From the NCBI RefSeq assembly GCF_028641065.1, contig NC_073387.1, positions 28,830,001 through 28,894,000 on the forward strand: DNA of 64,000 nt, read 5' to 3'. Every line of letters starts with the position of its first letter. The first letter of the stretch is position 1. Positions 32,339 through 45,600 of the stretch are shown here, piece after piece. The notes under the pieces were generated by a model, which saw only the letters and a list, made by a program, of their open reading frames with translations, made no database searches and had not been told where the DNA came from. This stretch comes from Leucoraja erinacea (lineage: Eukaryota). The position numbers and the translations under genes are program-made.

Positions 32339-33855
32339 TGTACTTTTGTTAGTCCTGTTTCCAAGTGATGCGCCATTCAATGATACAGTGAAAGTATCAG
32401 AACAATATTAATATTCACTGAATATAAAAGAATAATAACTGAGAAATATACGACTTGTTAGGTTTTCAGCTATGTAGCTGACTGTTTTGAATCATTGCAA
32501 GTAAATTAATTTCTTGATGCCTTTTGTTTCTGTGACTGTTTTAAAAGATCGAATTAGAGCAAGGAGACATTTCAATTTGAGTTTGAGGGACACGGCAAAA
32601 TGAAAGGTAATCAGCACAGCACACATGGTGTCACATGACTGTCCCACTGCAGATTTATCCTTAGTCTTTCCCACAATAACATTACTTGCTACAATAATGC
32701 AATCTGATGCCAAACAAAAATCAATTAATAATTATGACAATCGCAAGACTAGTTGTTCTAAATCAAATAGTTTAGTTTAGTTTAGTTTATTGGCACGTGT
32801 ACCGAGGTACAGTGAAAAACGTTTGTTGCGTGCAGCAGATATACAATACATGATTACAATCGAGCCATTTACAGTGTATAGATACATGATAAGGGAATAG
32901 CGTTTAATGCAGAAATGTTACTATAGGAATTGAGATTTAAGAATGTGGAGCGATTGTAATATGAGCTTGTAGATCTGCTTCTGTGGCTAGCACGCAAATA
33001 GTCACCTGGGTTGGGCGCCATCTTGGAAACAATCATATTTGTTACACTAAATACTGAAGATGTTTCACTCCCAAAAAGGTTTCCAGAGATCATGCTGCAT
33101 TAAGGCTTGTGGAAAATCTTACAAAGTTATCAAAAACAGGTTAAGCTTTGCTCCTACATCACTGTCCATATTATTCTATTGCTAGCCGTGAGTGAGTGCT
33201 GCTCATGTAACAGAAATTGCCAACCCTTTCCCCTTTTAGACAATAGACAATAGGTGCAGGAGTAGGCCATTTGGCCCCTCGAGCCAGCACCGCCATTCAA
33301 TGTGAATATTGGTAGCCCTCAGTAAATAACAACTTGCATTATTACAAGCCCAAAACATCTGTCTACAGTCCTGATTTGATATAACGGTACAACAACTTAG
33401 TACCATTCAAGTGTATTAAGTGTAATGATTTGTAAAGCATCTTTTGAATCTATTTTTTAGAGTGATCATGACCTACGAAAATTACTCCCAGTGAATGACT
33501 TAAGAATTACAGGACTGACCTGAAGAAGAGAATCAATTTCAAAATAAGATAAAATATAATGCAAAGTTTGATTATGTCCCCTTGTACGCAAAGAAGGGCT
33601 CATGAATGGTGTCATCCAGAGATGACCGCTGAATGTTGTTGCGTAGAAAGCACTTCCCTTGCCACTACTGTTCAAATGCACCCACTGCCTGAAAGCTACT
33701 GCCGTATATAGACTCCAAAACCTCTGATGACATGAAAAGCAAGAAGCAGTTTCGGCTGCAGCATTCAAATGTAGCAAAGGCAGAAACTGCTATTAGATAC
33801 TCCAATATGTTGACAGCTGTAAACTCAAACATGGAAATGGTCACCATATATATAT

Positions 33856-33956
33856 ATAGGTCTGAAGAAGGGTTTCGGCCCGAAACGTTGCCTATTTCCT
33901 TCGCTCCATAGATGCTGCTGCACCCGCTGAGTTTCTCCAGCTTTTTTTGTGTAACC
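33856..33956 (+). ncRNA. PLE-derived hammerhead-ribozyme-like motif
   Basis: CUGAAGA-A-GGGuuucggCCC-GAAAC-GUU, with a 6-bp helix I (ATAGGT 33856-33861 pairing with GCCTAT 33890-33895). Flanked by an ACCATATATATATA duplication. Confidence 0.5.
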
Positions 33957-35084
33957 ATATATATATACTTGTGTTGCAGCTAGACTCCCCCAAATCTCCT
34001 TCTGTTTCAAACAGTCGGGACCATGTGCATGTTTGTTCATCTTTGTAAGTTGCCCCATAACTCTCATCTGAGTCTTCTGAGCAGAGCCAGTGTGAAAACT
34101 TGTCCTTGGGAGAATCACCCTTTCTATCTTGTCAGATTGTAGTCCATTCATACTGGGTAACCTGCCAATACAGGTCCCACATCTAAACTACTATTGTGTG
34201 CTCAAGGTGCGACAATCCTGTCACTTTAGTTCTCAGTTAGACAGCCAGACAATGATCTCCAGCAACACAACTCAGCCTGTGAACCAATGTGAAGCCTTAT
34301 GGAGGTCCACTTCAGTCAGTGGATGCAGGTATTCTTCTACGTGATAAAAAGTGTAGCATTAGCATCATTTATGTGTGTTTGAGAGCCCTGCCATGGCTGA
34401 ATAGTTTGAAGTGTAAAGATTCAGATTGTGTGCTGGAGTAAGTGTGGGATTGTTGAAATGCAACTGTTGATAGATGAGATTTGCTGTTGGGATCGAGATC
34501 TCATTAAACCTTTGGCATTGCACCTCCACACACTGCTATAGTTCAGTTGCTTCCACAATTACCCCAAGGATGCAATACATGCAATGCCAAGGTTAATGTC
34601 CCATTTCATAGACATACCCTGCAATAATAAATTGGAAATAGTTGAATGTCTTCAAATTTAACTTTGTTTCTCTTTCCACACTCGCTGATGCTGCCTCAGC
34701 AGTTGTGTTTCAGCATCTTTTGCTTCAGATTTCCAGACTAATGCTTTCTAAAATGTTCAAGCACTCCTGTGTCTGCGCTGCCATCAGTTTTGTCAGAGCT
34801 TTCCGAGCTGCAAAATGTCTTTGAGCACAAGTAAAATTCAGCAGTCACTTTCTTTAACAAAGCACTGTCATGAGCTGAATTAGTAGCAAGTTACTTTCAG
34901 CTGATGCTAAGATGTAATTTGCATTTGTGTGAGAAACATCATGACTTGCCATTGACTTTAGTCCATGTTTGAGATGTGTGGATGAAAATCACCCACTAAT
35001 AGCAACCTTGCCAGGGGCCCTCATCTGAGTGCATGCTCTCTTTCACAAATAAATTATGTTAGCTTCAGACTGCTATAGTTCACA

Positions 35085-35535
35085 ACGGGTGGTGAAAACC
35101 GCGCAGCACATCATCGGTGCCCCGCTCCCTGCCATGGATGCCCTCCACCGAAAACGGTGTCTGAGACGGGCTGGGAAGATCATCAAAGACCCCTCACATC
35201 CCAAGCATGGACTGTTTGCCCTCCTCCCATCAGGGAGGCGGTACAGGAGCCTCGGGTCACGTACTAGTAGGATGAGGAACAGCTTCTACAATAATACAAT
35301 CACATTGCTGAACTTGGAGTCCCGCCGATAGATTTGTCCGGTCCCTCCGTCCCCATTGTTTAATTATTCTGTATTTTTTGATTATTCTGTATCTTCTCTC
35401 TTTCTATTTTTTATTTTTTTTATTTTATTTTTTTAATTTCTTTATGCACAACTACTACGGACTGACGAAAACTGCATTTCGTTGTACTCATACTTGTATT
35501 TGTGCGATTACATTAAAGTTGAATTGAATTGAACT
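35085..35535 (+). mobile_element. Rex1/Babar 3' fragment
   Basis: QRVVKTAQHIIG..KDPSHP..LLPSGRRYRS, with (TTGAA)n tail. Confidence 0.85.
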
Positions 35536-35544
35536 TCCGAGGAT

Positions 35545-36103
35545 CCTCCAGTGCTTCTACTCAGCGGCTGTGGAAAGCATCTTGTCCGGAAATATTACAA
35601 TCTGGTTTGGGAATTGCTCTGCCCAGGACAAGAAGATTCTGCAGAGAGTAATGTGTTTGGCCGAACGCACTATGGGAACTTCAGGAGGTGCTACTCCAGA
35701 GCCAATAAGATCATGGGAGACCCCTTCCCCCCCTGCAAAGGACTGTTCCAGCTGCTACGTTCAGGCAAACGCCTCCGCCTCCGTGGCCATGCTGTGAGAG
35801 CGGAGAGGTTGAGAAGGAGTTTCTTCCCAGAGGCCATTAGGACTGTAAACTCCTATCTCACCAGGGACTAACTTTACTGTACCACTCCACTGCTTTTTTT
35901 TAAATTGCTGTTTTTTTCCCTTTTTCCTCCCGCCCACAATATTTAATATGTAAAAGAATATGTGATTCTGTTCCATTCTGTTTGTAGTTTGTTCGGTTGT
36001 TTGTTTGTTTGTCTTTTTGCACAAAGTCCGCGAGCATTGCCACTTTTCATTTCACTGCACATCTCGTATGTGTATGTGACGAATAAACTAGACTTGACTT
36101 GAC
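35545..36103 (+). mobile_element. Rex1/Babar 3' fragment (second subfamily, frameshifted)
   Basis: ESILSGNITIWFGNCS and LFQLLRSGKRLR..RLRRSFFPEAIR, with (GACTT)n tail. Confidence 0.85.
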
Positions 36104-36257
36104 TGGGGTATACTGATGATGGCTGGGCTAATCCAAACCTAAATAAACTGCCCATGTCACATTTAGCTGGGTATACCTCTTTCTGACATGGAAAACGGTG
36201 AAAGGGCAAAATTGGAACTCGCTTTATTTTTCAGCACTGTCATTCAATAAAAATTGA

Positions 36258-36371
36258 AATTTTATTGCTCATTGCAAAGTAAGTTATCAATTCATTTGGC
36301 CTGCACTATGAATTGATAATTTTATTGCTCATTGCAAAGTAAGTTATCAATTCATAGTGCAGGCCAAATGA
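36258..36371. repeat. Interlocked direct and inverted micro-duplication
   Basis: 38-bp direct repeat (36258-36295, 36318-36355) and 28-bp perfect inverted repeat (36292-36319, 36344-36371). Confidence 0.9.
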
Positions 36372-37669
36372 CAAAATTAGTTATGGATTAAACAAACATT
36401 CCAGTCTGACCAATTCTGAAATCACCAAGCTGCTACAAAACACTAAAAGCCAAATATGGACAATTTCACAGAGAATTCTCAAATTACCTTTATGAAAAAT
36501 GGGAAATTTTGAAGTTTGTATAATGACTCTAAATTATTCTAAAATGAATTAATATTTAGTAGACTGTCTCACAAGATAATCAGTAACAATAATATTAAAG
36601 AGGCCCTTCCTTGCATAATTCATTATAATTGAGTTCACAAATTCAAAGCTTAAATTGAAATAAGGCTGAGTCAATGATAAGGCCTGTGCTAAAGTTTAAT
36701 GGGAACTACAGTGCTTAAAGAACACTCCTTCTAAAAATCATACACGTTTAGCTAATACAAACCATAAATAAAAGTTGTACTATTATATAATTTCAGTAGG
36801 GTCTGATATGAAGAAACCTAGAACTAAAATTAATATAAAATTAAACTCCAGACTCATTTTAACATATGCTTCCAAAAATAAATAGCAAAATATAGTGACC
36901 TTCAAAATATATTTGTATATTTAGATCAAATTCCACTTGTCATGGAAGTTACATTTTTATTGTATTGCCAGATTTCTTTACTGAAAGAAGCACCAACATA
37001 AGTTTAATTGTTGGTTGGTTTATTACCACTACAATTTTAAAGACAGAGGTCCACCTTAATGCGCTTGGTGTATTGAATAAACTCAGCGTGACGGATGAAA
37101 GGTGAGTAAAGGTAAAAGTTGTGTTCCAACATGGTGTAGGATACCTCTGCTTCCACCTGGTGGCTTCTAATTCAAAGAGATATATTATAAGAATTATACG
37201 CAGAACTCGAGCATTTCTGAGAAATATTGATGTACAATGTAAATGCAGTCTGCAGCAAAGTTATTGCCAGGAGTCTGGTCATTGTCATGTTGTAGTTTCA
37301 CTGCTTTCTTGTTTTATAACTGTATGCTAAGTAGTATTCAGGGGAAATATATTTATAAATCACCAGAAAAAGAAAAAAAAGACAAAACAAGTTAAGCTGC
37401 ATCTGAGAAGAAAGAAAAAAGAAGCAGTTGAAGCTAACCTGTAAGATTAGTTCTGTTTCTCTCTTCTTGGTACTGCCAGACCTGTTGAGCAATGTCTGTC
37501 CAATAACTTTAAAAATGAGTAGTCTCATATATTATGGAGGAACTGAATAATTCATAATAATAATTAAATGCTCAAACTTCACCTTGTTCCCAACATACAT
37601 TTTCTGCAAAAGAAAAAGTGAAAACCTTTGCTGCTATCCAGTCATGCATACCATCATGAATGTTTAATT

Positions 37670-39880
37670 TTCATATGTCCCGGATGGGACAATGAAATTC
37701 TTACTTCCTGCAGCACAACAGAATATGTGAATATGAAAGCATAGTACATAATGGGAGAAGAGAAAAAAAACAAAAGGTTCAATAAATAACAAATATAGTG
37801 CAATAAAAATATAGACTTTTGCAGTTCAGAACTCAGAGCTTATTACGTGTTGTGTTTAATAGCCTGGACGTTACAGTTTTCAGGCTCCTGTACCTTCCTG
37901 ATGTCAATGGTGAAATGAGTGGGTGGCCAGGATAGTGTGGATCTTTGATGATTTTTGCTGCCTTTTTGAGGCAGCGACTATGATAGATCTCTTCGACGGT
38001 GGGGAGGTCAAAGCGTGTGATGGACTGGGCAGTGGTCACAACTTTTTGTAGTCTTTTTCGCTCCTGGACGTTCAAGCTGCTGAACCAGGCCATGATGCAA
38101 CCAGTCAGAACACTCTCGACTGTGCACCTGTAGAAGTACAGGAGAATCCTCTTCGACGCACCAAATCTCTGTAATCTTCTCAGGAAGCAGAGTCGCTGAT
38201 GTGCCTTCTTTATAATTGCATCGGTGTGCTGGGTCCAGGAAAGATCTTCGGAAATATGCACTACCAGGAATTTGAAGTTATTGACTCTCTCCACCATCGT
38301 CCCATTGATGTGAACAGGATTGTGGGTCCTCATCCTTCCCCTACCAGAGTCCACAATCAGTTCCTTGGTCTTACTGATGTAGAGAGCTAGGCTGTTGTGC
38401 AGGCGCCATTTGGTCAGTCGGTCGATCTGAATTCTATACTCTGACTCATTCAACAGAGTATAACATATTCGTCCAACAACAGTGGTGTCGTCGGCGAACT
38501 TGATGATGGAGTTTGCACTATGTCTGACTACGCAGTCATGGGTATAGAGTGAGTAAACCAGGGGGCTGAGCATGCAGCCTTGAGGTACTCCCGTACTAAT
38601 TGTTACTGAGGACAAAGTGTTTCCGCCAATTCGAACAGACTGGTCTGTGGATGAGGAAGTCGAGGATCCAATTGCAGAGGGATGCGCAGAGACCCAGTTC
38701 CGTGAGCTTGGTAACCAGCTTTGTTTTTTTTTTAATCAAAAAATGTATTCAATTATTAAAAAATAATATTTACACTACAATAAAACAAACCAGAACCCAC
38801 CACCAAAATATAATACAAATACATATCCTTAATAAACTATTATACAACTATGTTACAATCCTTATTGAGGATGCATTCAACACCCTGCGGCTTCCAGTGG
38901 ACCCGGAACCCCCTCAGGTTGCCTGTGGACAGGGCGTATTCCGGACGTAACCCCGGAAAAGGGGCAGGCAGCCGGCTCGGATAAAGCCCTCCACCGCTTG
39001 GCGCCTTGACTCGCGGATGGCCAGCTTGGCCAGGCCCAGGAGCAACCCAACCAGCCCTACCCTCTCCCCTACGCACAGGGTGTCCAAAGATGAGGATGGT
39101 GGGTGAAAAATGCAGCCAGAAGGCAAGGAGCCACTGTTTCAACACAAAGGTGTTGAAACAGTGGCTGCAGCCTCACACACTCCATGTACACGTGGTACAC
39201 AGACTCTTCCAGCCCGCAAAAGTGGCAGGCGGCTGGCGAGTCTGTGAACCGCGAGAGAAACAGGTTGCAGGGAACTCCTCGGTGCAATACCCTCCACCCC
39301 AGGTCCCCAATGTAGAGGGGGAGAATCCCTGCATAGAAGGACTCCCACCAGGGGACCCCCTCGCGACCGGAAGGCAACACCGACCGCCACTTGGTGTCCG
39401 GACGGTGGACCAGGGCGAGTAAGTGCAGGGTGTGGAGGAGGAGCCCGTACAGGACTCTCCTCCCTGCATCTCAGAGGGAGGTGAAGGTGTCGAGGAAAGG
39501 CGACTCAAGTTGTGTGGGACCGGCTCCCGGGAAGGATTACGATGCCTGGGGCTGATGAATACATCCGGCTGAATGGGGGTTTGCTCAACCGCAAGTACTC
39601 CACACGTTTGAGTCCCCCCTTGGTAACCAGCTTGGAAGGGATGATGGTATTAAACGCCGAGCGGTAGTCTACAAACAACAGCCTGACTAAGTGCTTTTAT
39701 TGTCCAAGTGGTCCAATGCGGAGTGGAGAGCCAGTGAAATTGCATCCTCCGTTGACCTGTTGTGGCGGTATGCGAACTGTAGTGGGTCGAGGTTCTTGTC
39801 GAGGTAGGAGTTGATGTGCACCATAATCAACCTCTCAAAGCACTTTATCACCACGTTAGTGCCACTGGTCGATAGTCATT
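37670..39880 (-). mobile_element. Rex1/Babar LINE fragment (RT C-terminal half) split by a Tx1-like insertion
   Basis: ORF 37833-38615: STGVPQGCMLSP..KFADDTT..SKTKELIVD..FYRCTVES. Continues at 39619-39880. Confidence 0.88.
38722..39618 (-). mobile_element. L1/Tx1-clade LINE 3' fragment
   Basis: DLGWRVLHRGVPCN..CHFCGLEESVYHVYMEC (zf-RVT-type CCHC). A-rich tail. 15-bp TSD CTTGGTAACCAGCTT (38707-38721, 39619-39633). Confidence 0.85.
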
Positions 39881-41579
39881 GATAGTCATACACAAGTACA
39901 ATAGGTCGTGCAAAAAATAAAAATCTGAATAAAGTACTATGGCATTATAGTGTTACAGTTGCAGAGAAAGCACAGTTAGTAGCACACAATTAACCTATGA
40001 GAGGGTTAATGCTGGATTTGGGAATTGTCCTGCACAAGGCTGCAAGAATTTGCAGAGAGTTGTAATCTTTTCATCAAATTGCTCAGTAAACATTGGGATG
40101 ACCTCAGGGAGCTTGGGTTCAGCCTGTCAGAGATATATTCTTTAACCTATCTATCCTTCCCTCACCCTCCCTGCTACTTAAGACTAACTTATTTACTCAC
40201 CATTCCTGTTCTGCTGAAGGATCTTTGACTTGAAGCATAAACTAGAAAATACTTGTCTTCCGAGAAGCCAATGATACTGACCTTTTTGACAAATGGGAAC
40301 TATTTTAATATCCTTTACTTGCAATTAACTTCTCACAGTGCTGTCAAAGCAAAATAAAAATATAGGTCTCCACGAGAAGACTAGTTAAGATTATACACCA
40401 GATACTTCTTGGAAATAATTTCTGAGCATTGTGGGCTGAGGTCAGAATGTTACTGGGGTTGCAAAGTGTTAAACAGGTTAGTTTGTTGTGCCTGGATAAA
40501 ATGCTTTCACTCCTTCTGATTCATCATCATTATGCTGATGGATTGGCCCCTTGTGGTTCTTTAACCCAATGGGTTGCAGAGACCCAGTACACATTGCTCT
40601 TAAAAGGCTTCAACATCCAACTCATTTCATCGTATTGGGTTACAGGAGCAATCCATTTCCCAGCTTGCTATAGATGGAAGTGACGAGTGGGTGCCTGTTT
40701 CAGAATTGTAACGTTTTAACTTACCACCAATCCAAAACTCACATATTTTAAGGTTAATATTTGCCCCTTTGCCTGTATTCTAATCATCATTGATTATGCA
40801 GCGTGTAGGGTGAAGGATCTCCTGGATGATTGAATATCTCAGTCTTGTTAACCTTGTTAGACACTGCCAGAGATTTCAATTATTAACAGCCAATATCGTG
40901 GCCCGCTTAAATCCCTGTGTTGGCAACATTTATCATAGTATTTGGATATATTTGCCATGGGATATTTGCAAAGAGGTCTCATCAAAATACAATTTAATGT
41001 TGCTGGATTTAGAGCTATTATTAGAAACATGTTGTCATTAGTTACATTTATTTTATAATTTATGAAGGCTCCTGATCCGAAACATCATCTGTCCACATTC
41101 TCCAGAGATGCTGCTTGACCCATTGAGTGGATTGTCACTGGTTTGTTTTATTGTTGCCTGCATTCTGGTAGCTGTTAGATTATGATGAAGAGCTTTTGGA
41201 AAGCAGGGCATTTCAAATAAAATGTACAATACAGGGATGAAAACATTGAACAAATGTCAACAACAGTAGGTAAAACTATGATGACACTGTTGTTGTGGCC
41301 AAAAAAAGGTCTATACAATTCATAGCTCTTCTATCCTTTTGTCTCACATCTGTCTTTTCATCTCTGGCCTTTGTCCAACCATCTGCCTAGACCCCTCCTC
41401 TATTCCAGCTTTCTTCCCCTCCCACCACAATCATTCATAAGAAGGGTCAGGACGCAAAATGTCGCCTGTCCATATTTTTAACAGGCTGTCTTAACCTGCT
41501 GAGTTACCCCAGCTCTTTTTTTGTCTTTTTTGTAAACCAGCATCTGTAATTCATAGCTTCTATAAGAGCACAACAACTC

Positions 41580-43635
41580 GTCAAGTCAAGAGAGTTTATT
41601 GTCATGTGTCCCAGATAGGACAATGAAATTCTTGCTTGCTGCAGCACAACAGAATATTGTAGGCATAAATACAGATCAGATCAGTGTGTCCATATATGAC
41701 AGAATATATATATAGACACACATAAATAAACAGATAAATTGCAATAGGCTGTTATAGTTCAGTTTGTTTGAAGTTGTGTTTAATAGTCTGATGGCTGTGG
41801 GAAAGAAGCTGTTTCTGAACCTGGATGTTGCAGATTTCAAGCTCCTGTACCTTCTACCTGATGGCAGCGATGGCAGCGACCTTCTACCTGATGGCAGAGA
41901 TGAGTGACTGGCCAGGATGGTGTGGGTCCTTGATGAAGCTGGGAGATGTTTTGAGGCCGCGACTGCGATAGATCAATGGTAGGGAGGTCAGAGACGATGA
42001 TGGACTGGGCAGTGTTTTCAACTTTTTGCAGCCCTTTCCGCTCCTGGACGCTCTGGTTGCCGTGCCAAACCACATTGAAACCGATCAGCATGCTCTCTAC
42101 TGTGCACCTGTAAAAGTTCGAGAGAGTCCTCCTTGACAAAACGACTCTCCGTAATCTTCTCAGGAAGTAGAGGCACTGATGTGCTTTCTTTATGATTGCA
42201 TCAGTGTTCTGGGACCAGGAGAGATCTTCGGAAATATGCACGCCCAGGAATTTGAAGTTCTTGGCCCTTTCCACCATCGACCCGTTGAAATAAACGGGAC
42301 TGTGGGTCCCCATCCTCCCCCTTCCGAAGTCCACAATCAGATCCTTGGTTTTGCTGGTGTTGAGAGCCAGGTTATTGTGCTGGCACTATTTGGTCAATCG
42401 GTCAATCTCACTTCTATACTCTGACTCGTCCCCATCAGTGATACGTCCCACAACACGTATGGAACGTAACAGTGGTGTCATCGGCGAACTTGATGATCGC
42501 ACCATGTCTGGCTACTCAGTCATGAGTATAGAGTGAGTACAGCAGGGGGGTGAGCATGCAGCCTTGAGGTGCTCCCGTGCTGATTGTTATCGAGGATGAC
42601 ACATTTCCACCAATATGGACAGGCTGTGGTCTGTGAATGAGGAAGTTGAGGATCCAATTGCAGAGGGATGCACAGAGATCCAGATCTGAGAGCTTGGTAA
42701 CCAGCTTGGAGGTGATGATGGTATTAAATGCCGAGCTGTAGTCAATGAATAACAGCCTGACATATGAGTTTTTATTGTCCAAGTGGTCCAGATCGGAGTG
42801 GAGACCCAGTGTGATCGCATCCACCATTGATCTGTTGTGGCTGTAAGTGAACTGCAGTGGGTCCAGGTTTTTGTCAAGGTATGAGATGATCTGCACCATG
42901 ATCAGCCTCTCAAAGTACTTCATAACAACAGATGTTAGTGCCACTGGTCGATGTTAGTGCCACAGGTGGGAACCTCAGACCTCAGAAGTGAGAGGTTGAA
43001 AATGTCCGACAAAACTCCAGCCAGTTGGTCCGCATAGGTTTTTAAAAGACGCTCGGGTATACCATCAGGTCCAGGCTCTTTCAGAGGGTTTACCCCTCTG
43101 AAGGATCTTCTGACGTCGTCCTCGGTGACTGTGACCAAAGTACCATCACGGCAAATGGGGGCTTGGGAAGGCACACCAGTGTTCTCCCTATCAAAGCGTG
43201 CGTAAAATGCATTGAGCTCGTCAGGGAGTGATGCTTCGCTGACATTTGAGCTGCCTCCTGATTTTGCTTTGTAGGAGGTGATTGCATTCAAGCCCCGCCA
43301 CAGTTGCCGAACATCTGTCTCATTCATTCCTGCTTGGAGCAGAAGTCCCCTTTGGCCTTTTTGGTGGCCTTACCAAGGCCGTATCTGGAATTCTTGTAGA
43401 CCTCTGTATCTCCAGACCTGAATGCCCGGGATCTAGTCTTCAGAAGAATTCGGCTCTCATGGTTCATCCAAGGCTTCTGGTTAGGAAACACTCGGAAGGT
43501 TTTTGTTGCGATGCAGTCCTCCACACATTTCTTTATGAAGTCTGTAGCGACTGTGGCGTATTCATTCAGGTCCGTTGCCACGTCCCTGAACATTGCCCAG
43601 TCTACAGACTCCAAACAGTCCTGGATTGTTCCTCT
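41580..43635 (-). mobile_element. Rex1/Babar LINE, about 2-kb fragment with frameshifts
   Basis: [59 protein letters not shown], with (CTTGA)n tail. Confidence 0.9.
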
Positions 43636-44129
43636 GCTTGGAAACAAAGAAACAGCAAACTGCTTCTTGACAAAAAAAGTTACTTGATACTAATCTCTAA
43701 TGAGATTTGTCCAGTACATTGCTCTTACAAATAAAATAGCGTGGATGGTCAGTTCTTAAATATAAAATAATCTATTATCATTTTTAGAAGGAGAATTTTG
43801 GCTGAGAAATCAACATGTTGATTAGAATGTAATATTATTTTTGAAATGTAACATATTTGCCTGATTTATTGACAGGTTAAGAATTGACTGATAATTATTA
43901 GTCACGTGGTAAATCATCTTTTTTAAATCTTCCGATGCACAATTCAATTTGGAACATGAAATTCAGTAATTCACATTAACATCTGAAAATGCTTGAAGTA
44001 CTTAGCAAGCCAAGCAAGAAGTAAAGGAGTCAATGATTTGGGTCAAGAACTCTTCATCAAAATTGGAAGAGTGAAAAGACAGCATGTTTGAGAGAACCAA
44101 GGGAATCTCTGTGATACTGTGCAGGCTAT

Positions 44130-44448
44130 AGTTTAGTTTAGTTTAGTTTAGAGATACAGCACGGAAACAGGTCCTTCGGCCCACCAAGTCCATGCCGACC
44201 AGCGATCTCCGCACATTAACACTACCCTACACACACGGGACAATTTTTACATTGATCCCAAGCCAATTAACATACAAACCTGCACGTCTTTGGAGTGTGG
44301 GAGGAAACCGAAGATCTTGGAGAAAACCCACGCGGTCACGGGGAGAATATCACAAACACCGTACAGACAACACCCATAGTCGGGATTGAACCTGGGTCTC
44401 TGGCGCTGAAAACGCTGTAAGGCAGCAACTCTTCTGCTGCGCCACTGC
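44130..44448 (-). mobile_element. V-SINE (HE1-like), near full length
   Basis: tRNA-like head (GTGGCGCAGCAGAAGAGTTGCTGCC..GGTTCAATCC), V-domain and (AAACT)n tail. Confidence 0.85.
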
Positions 44449-44639
44449 ACAGTAATTACTGTACAAAACCAGCAATTCCCAGAGGAAAGAAAATGGATTA
44501 TCTGAATTTAAATTCAATGCTAAGTTCAATCTACAAAAGAAAAAGAGTACTTTGACCAAAATGTTGTTAGTTTCTCTTTGTACTATTACCCAGATGGAAC
44601 AAGAATAGAGTTTCTCTGATCCTTACCTATCGTTCCACT

Positions 44640-45600
44640 AGCCTCTGCATCCGGCATTTAAATTCTCCAACATTTCTGCCATGTTAAATGTGATCTTACC
44701 TCCAGTTCATCTTCCCATCTCTACCTTTTCCACTTTCTGCAGAGACCACTCTCTCCACAACTTCCTGGCTCATTCATCCCGTCTCACCCAAATCATCCCT
44801 CCCCATGTTATTTCCCCTACAACCACCACAGAAGATGCAAAATCTGACCCTATAACTCTTTCTCACTTTCATCCAGGAATCCCACCAGCCCTTCCAGGTG
44901 AGATAGAGGATCACATGCACCTCTTCCAATCTCATTCATTGCATTCAGTCCTCCCAATGTGGCCTACTTTACATCGATGGGACCGAACAAAGACTAGGCA
45001 ACCATTTTGCCAAACATTTGCCCTCTGTCACTAAGGCCTTTGGAGTTACCAGTTGCCAACCATCATAACTCTTCTCATTCCCATATCGATCATGGCATCC
45101 TCCATTACCAGACTGAAGCCACGCGAAAACTGGAAGAACAGCACCTTATATTCCGTTTGATTACTGTACAATCCAATGGTATAAACATTTAATTCTGCAT
45201 TTTCAAGTCATTCCTCCCAACTCCTTTCTCTGTCCATTGCCCCACCCCCACTTCCAGCCCTGTGCTAATGCATAGCTCCCACAAACCAGTTTCCTTTATT
45301 ATAGCAAACAGCTAACAATGGCCAGTTTCCTTTATTATCATTACTTTTTATCATATATTTTATTCATTTCTTCTATAACTCTCTACATCACCATCTATAT
45401 CTATTGTTTCCCTTTCCCCTGACTCTCAGTCTGAAGAAGAATCTCGACCAGAAACGTCATCCATTCCTTCTCTCCAGGGGTGCTGCCTGTCCCATTGAGT
45501 TACTCCAGCATTTTGTGTCTATCTTCCACTTATCACTTGCCAGGCTTTGTTCCATTGAGTTCCTCCAGCAGTTTGTTTTTGCTCAGATTTCTGGAGTTTC
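44640..45600 (+). mobile_element. Degenerate PLE fragments (GIY-YIG remnant plus 3' terminus)
   Basis: FCRDHSLHN and LPVANH..TRKLEEQHLIFRL. CTGAAGAAG..CAGAAACGTC at about 45431. Confidence 0.75.

Noticed and set aside
33466-33777. 103-aa minus-strand ORF with possible splice sites
   Set aside because: No recognisable protein and weak splice signals.
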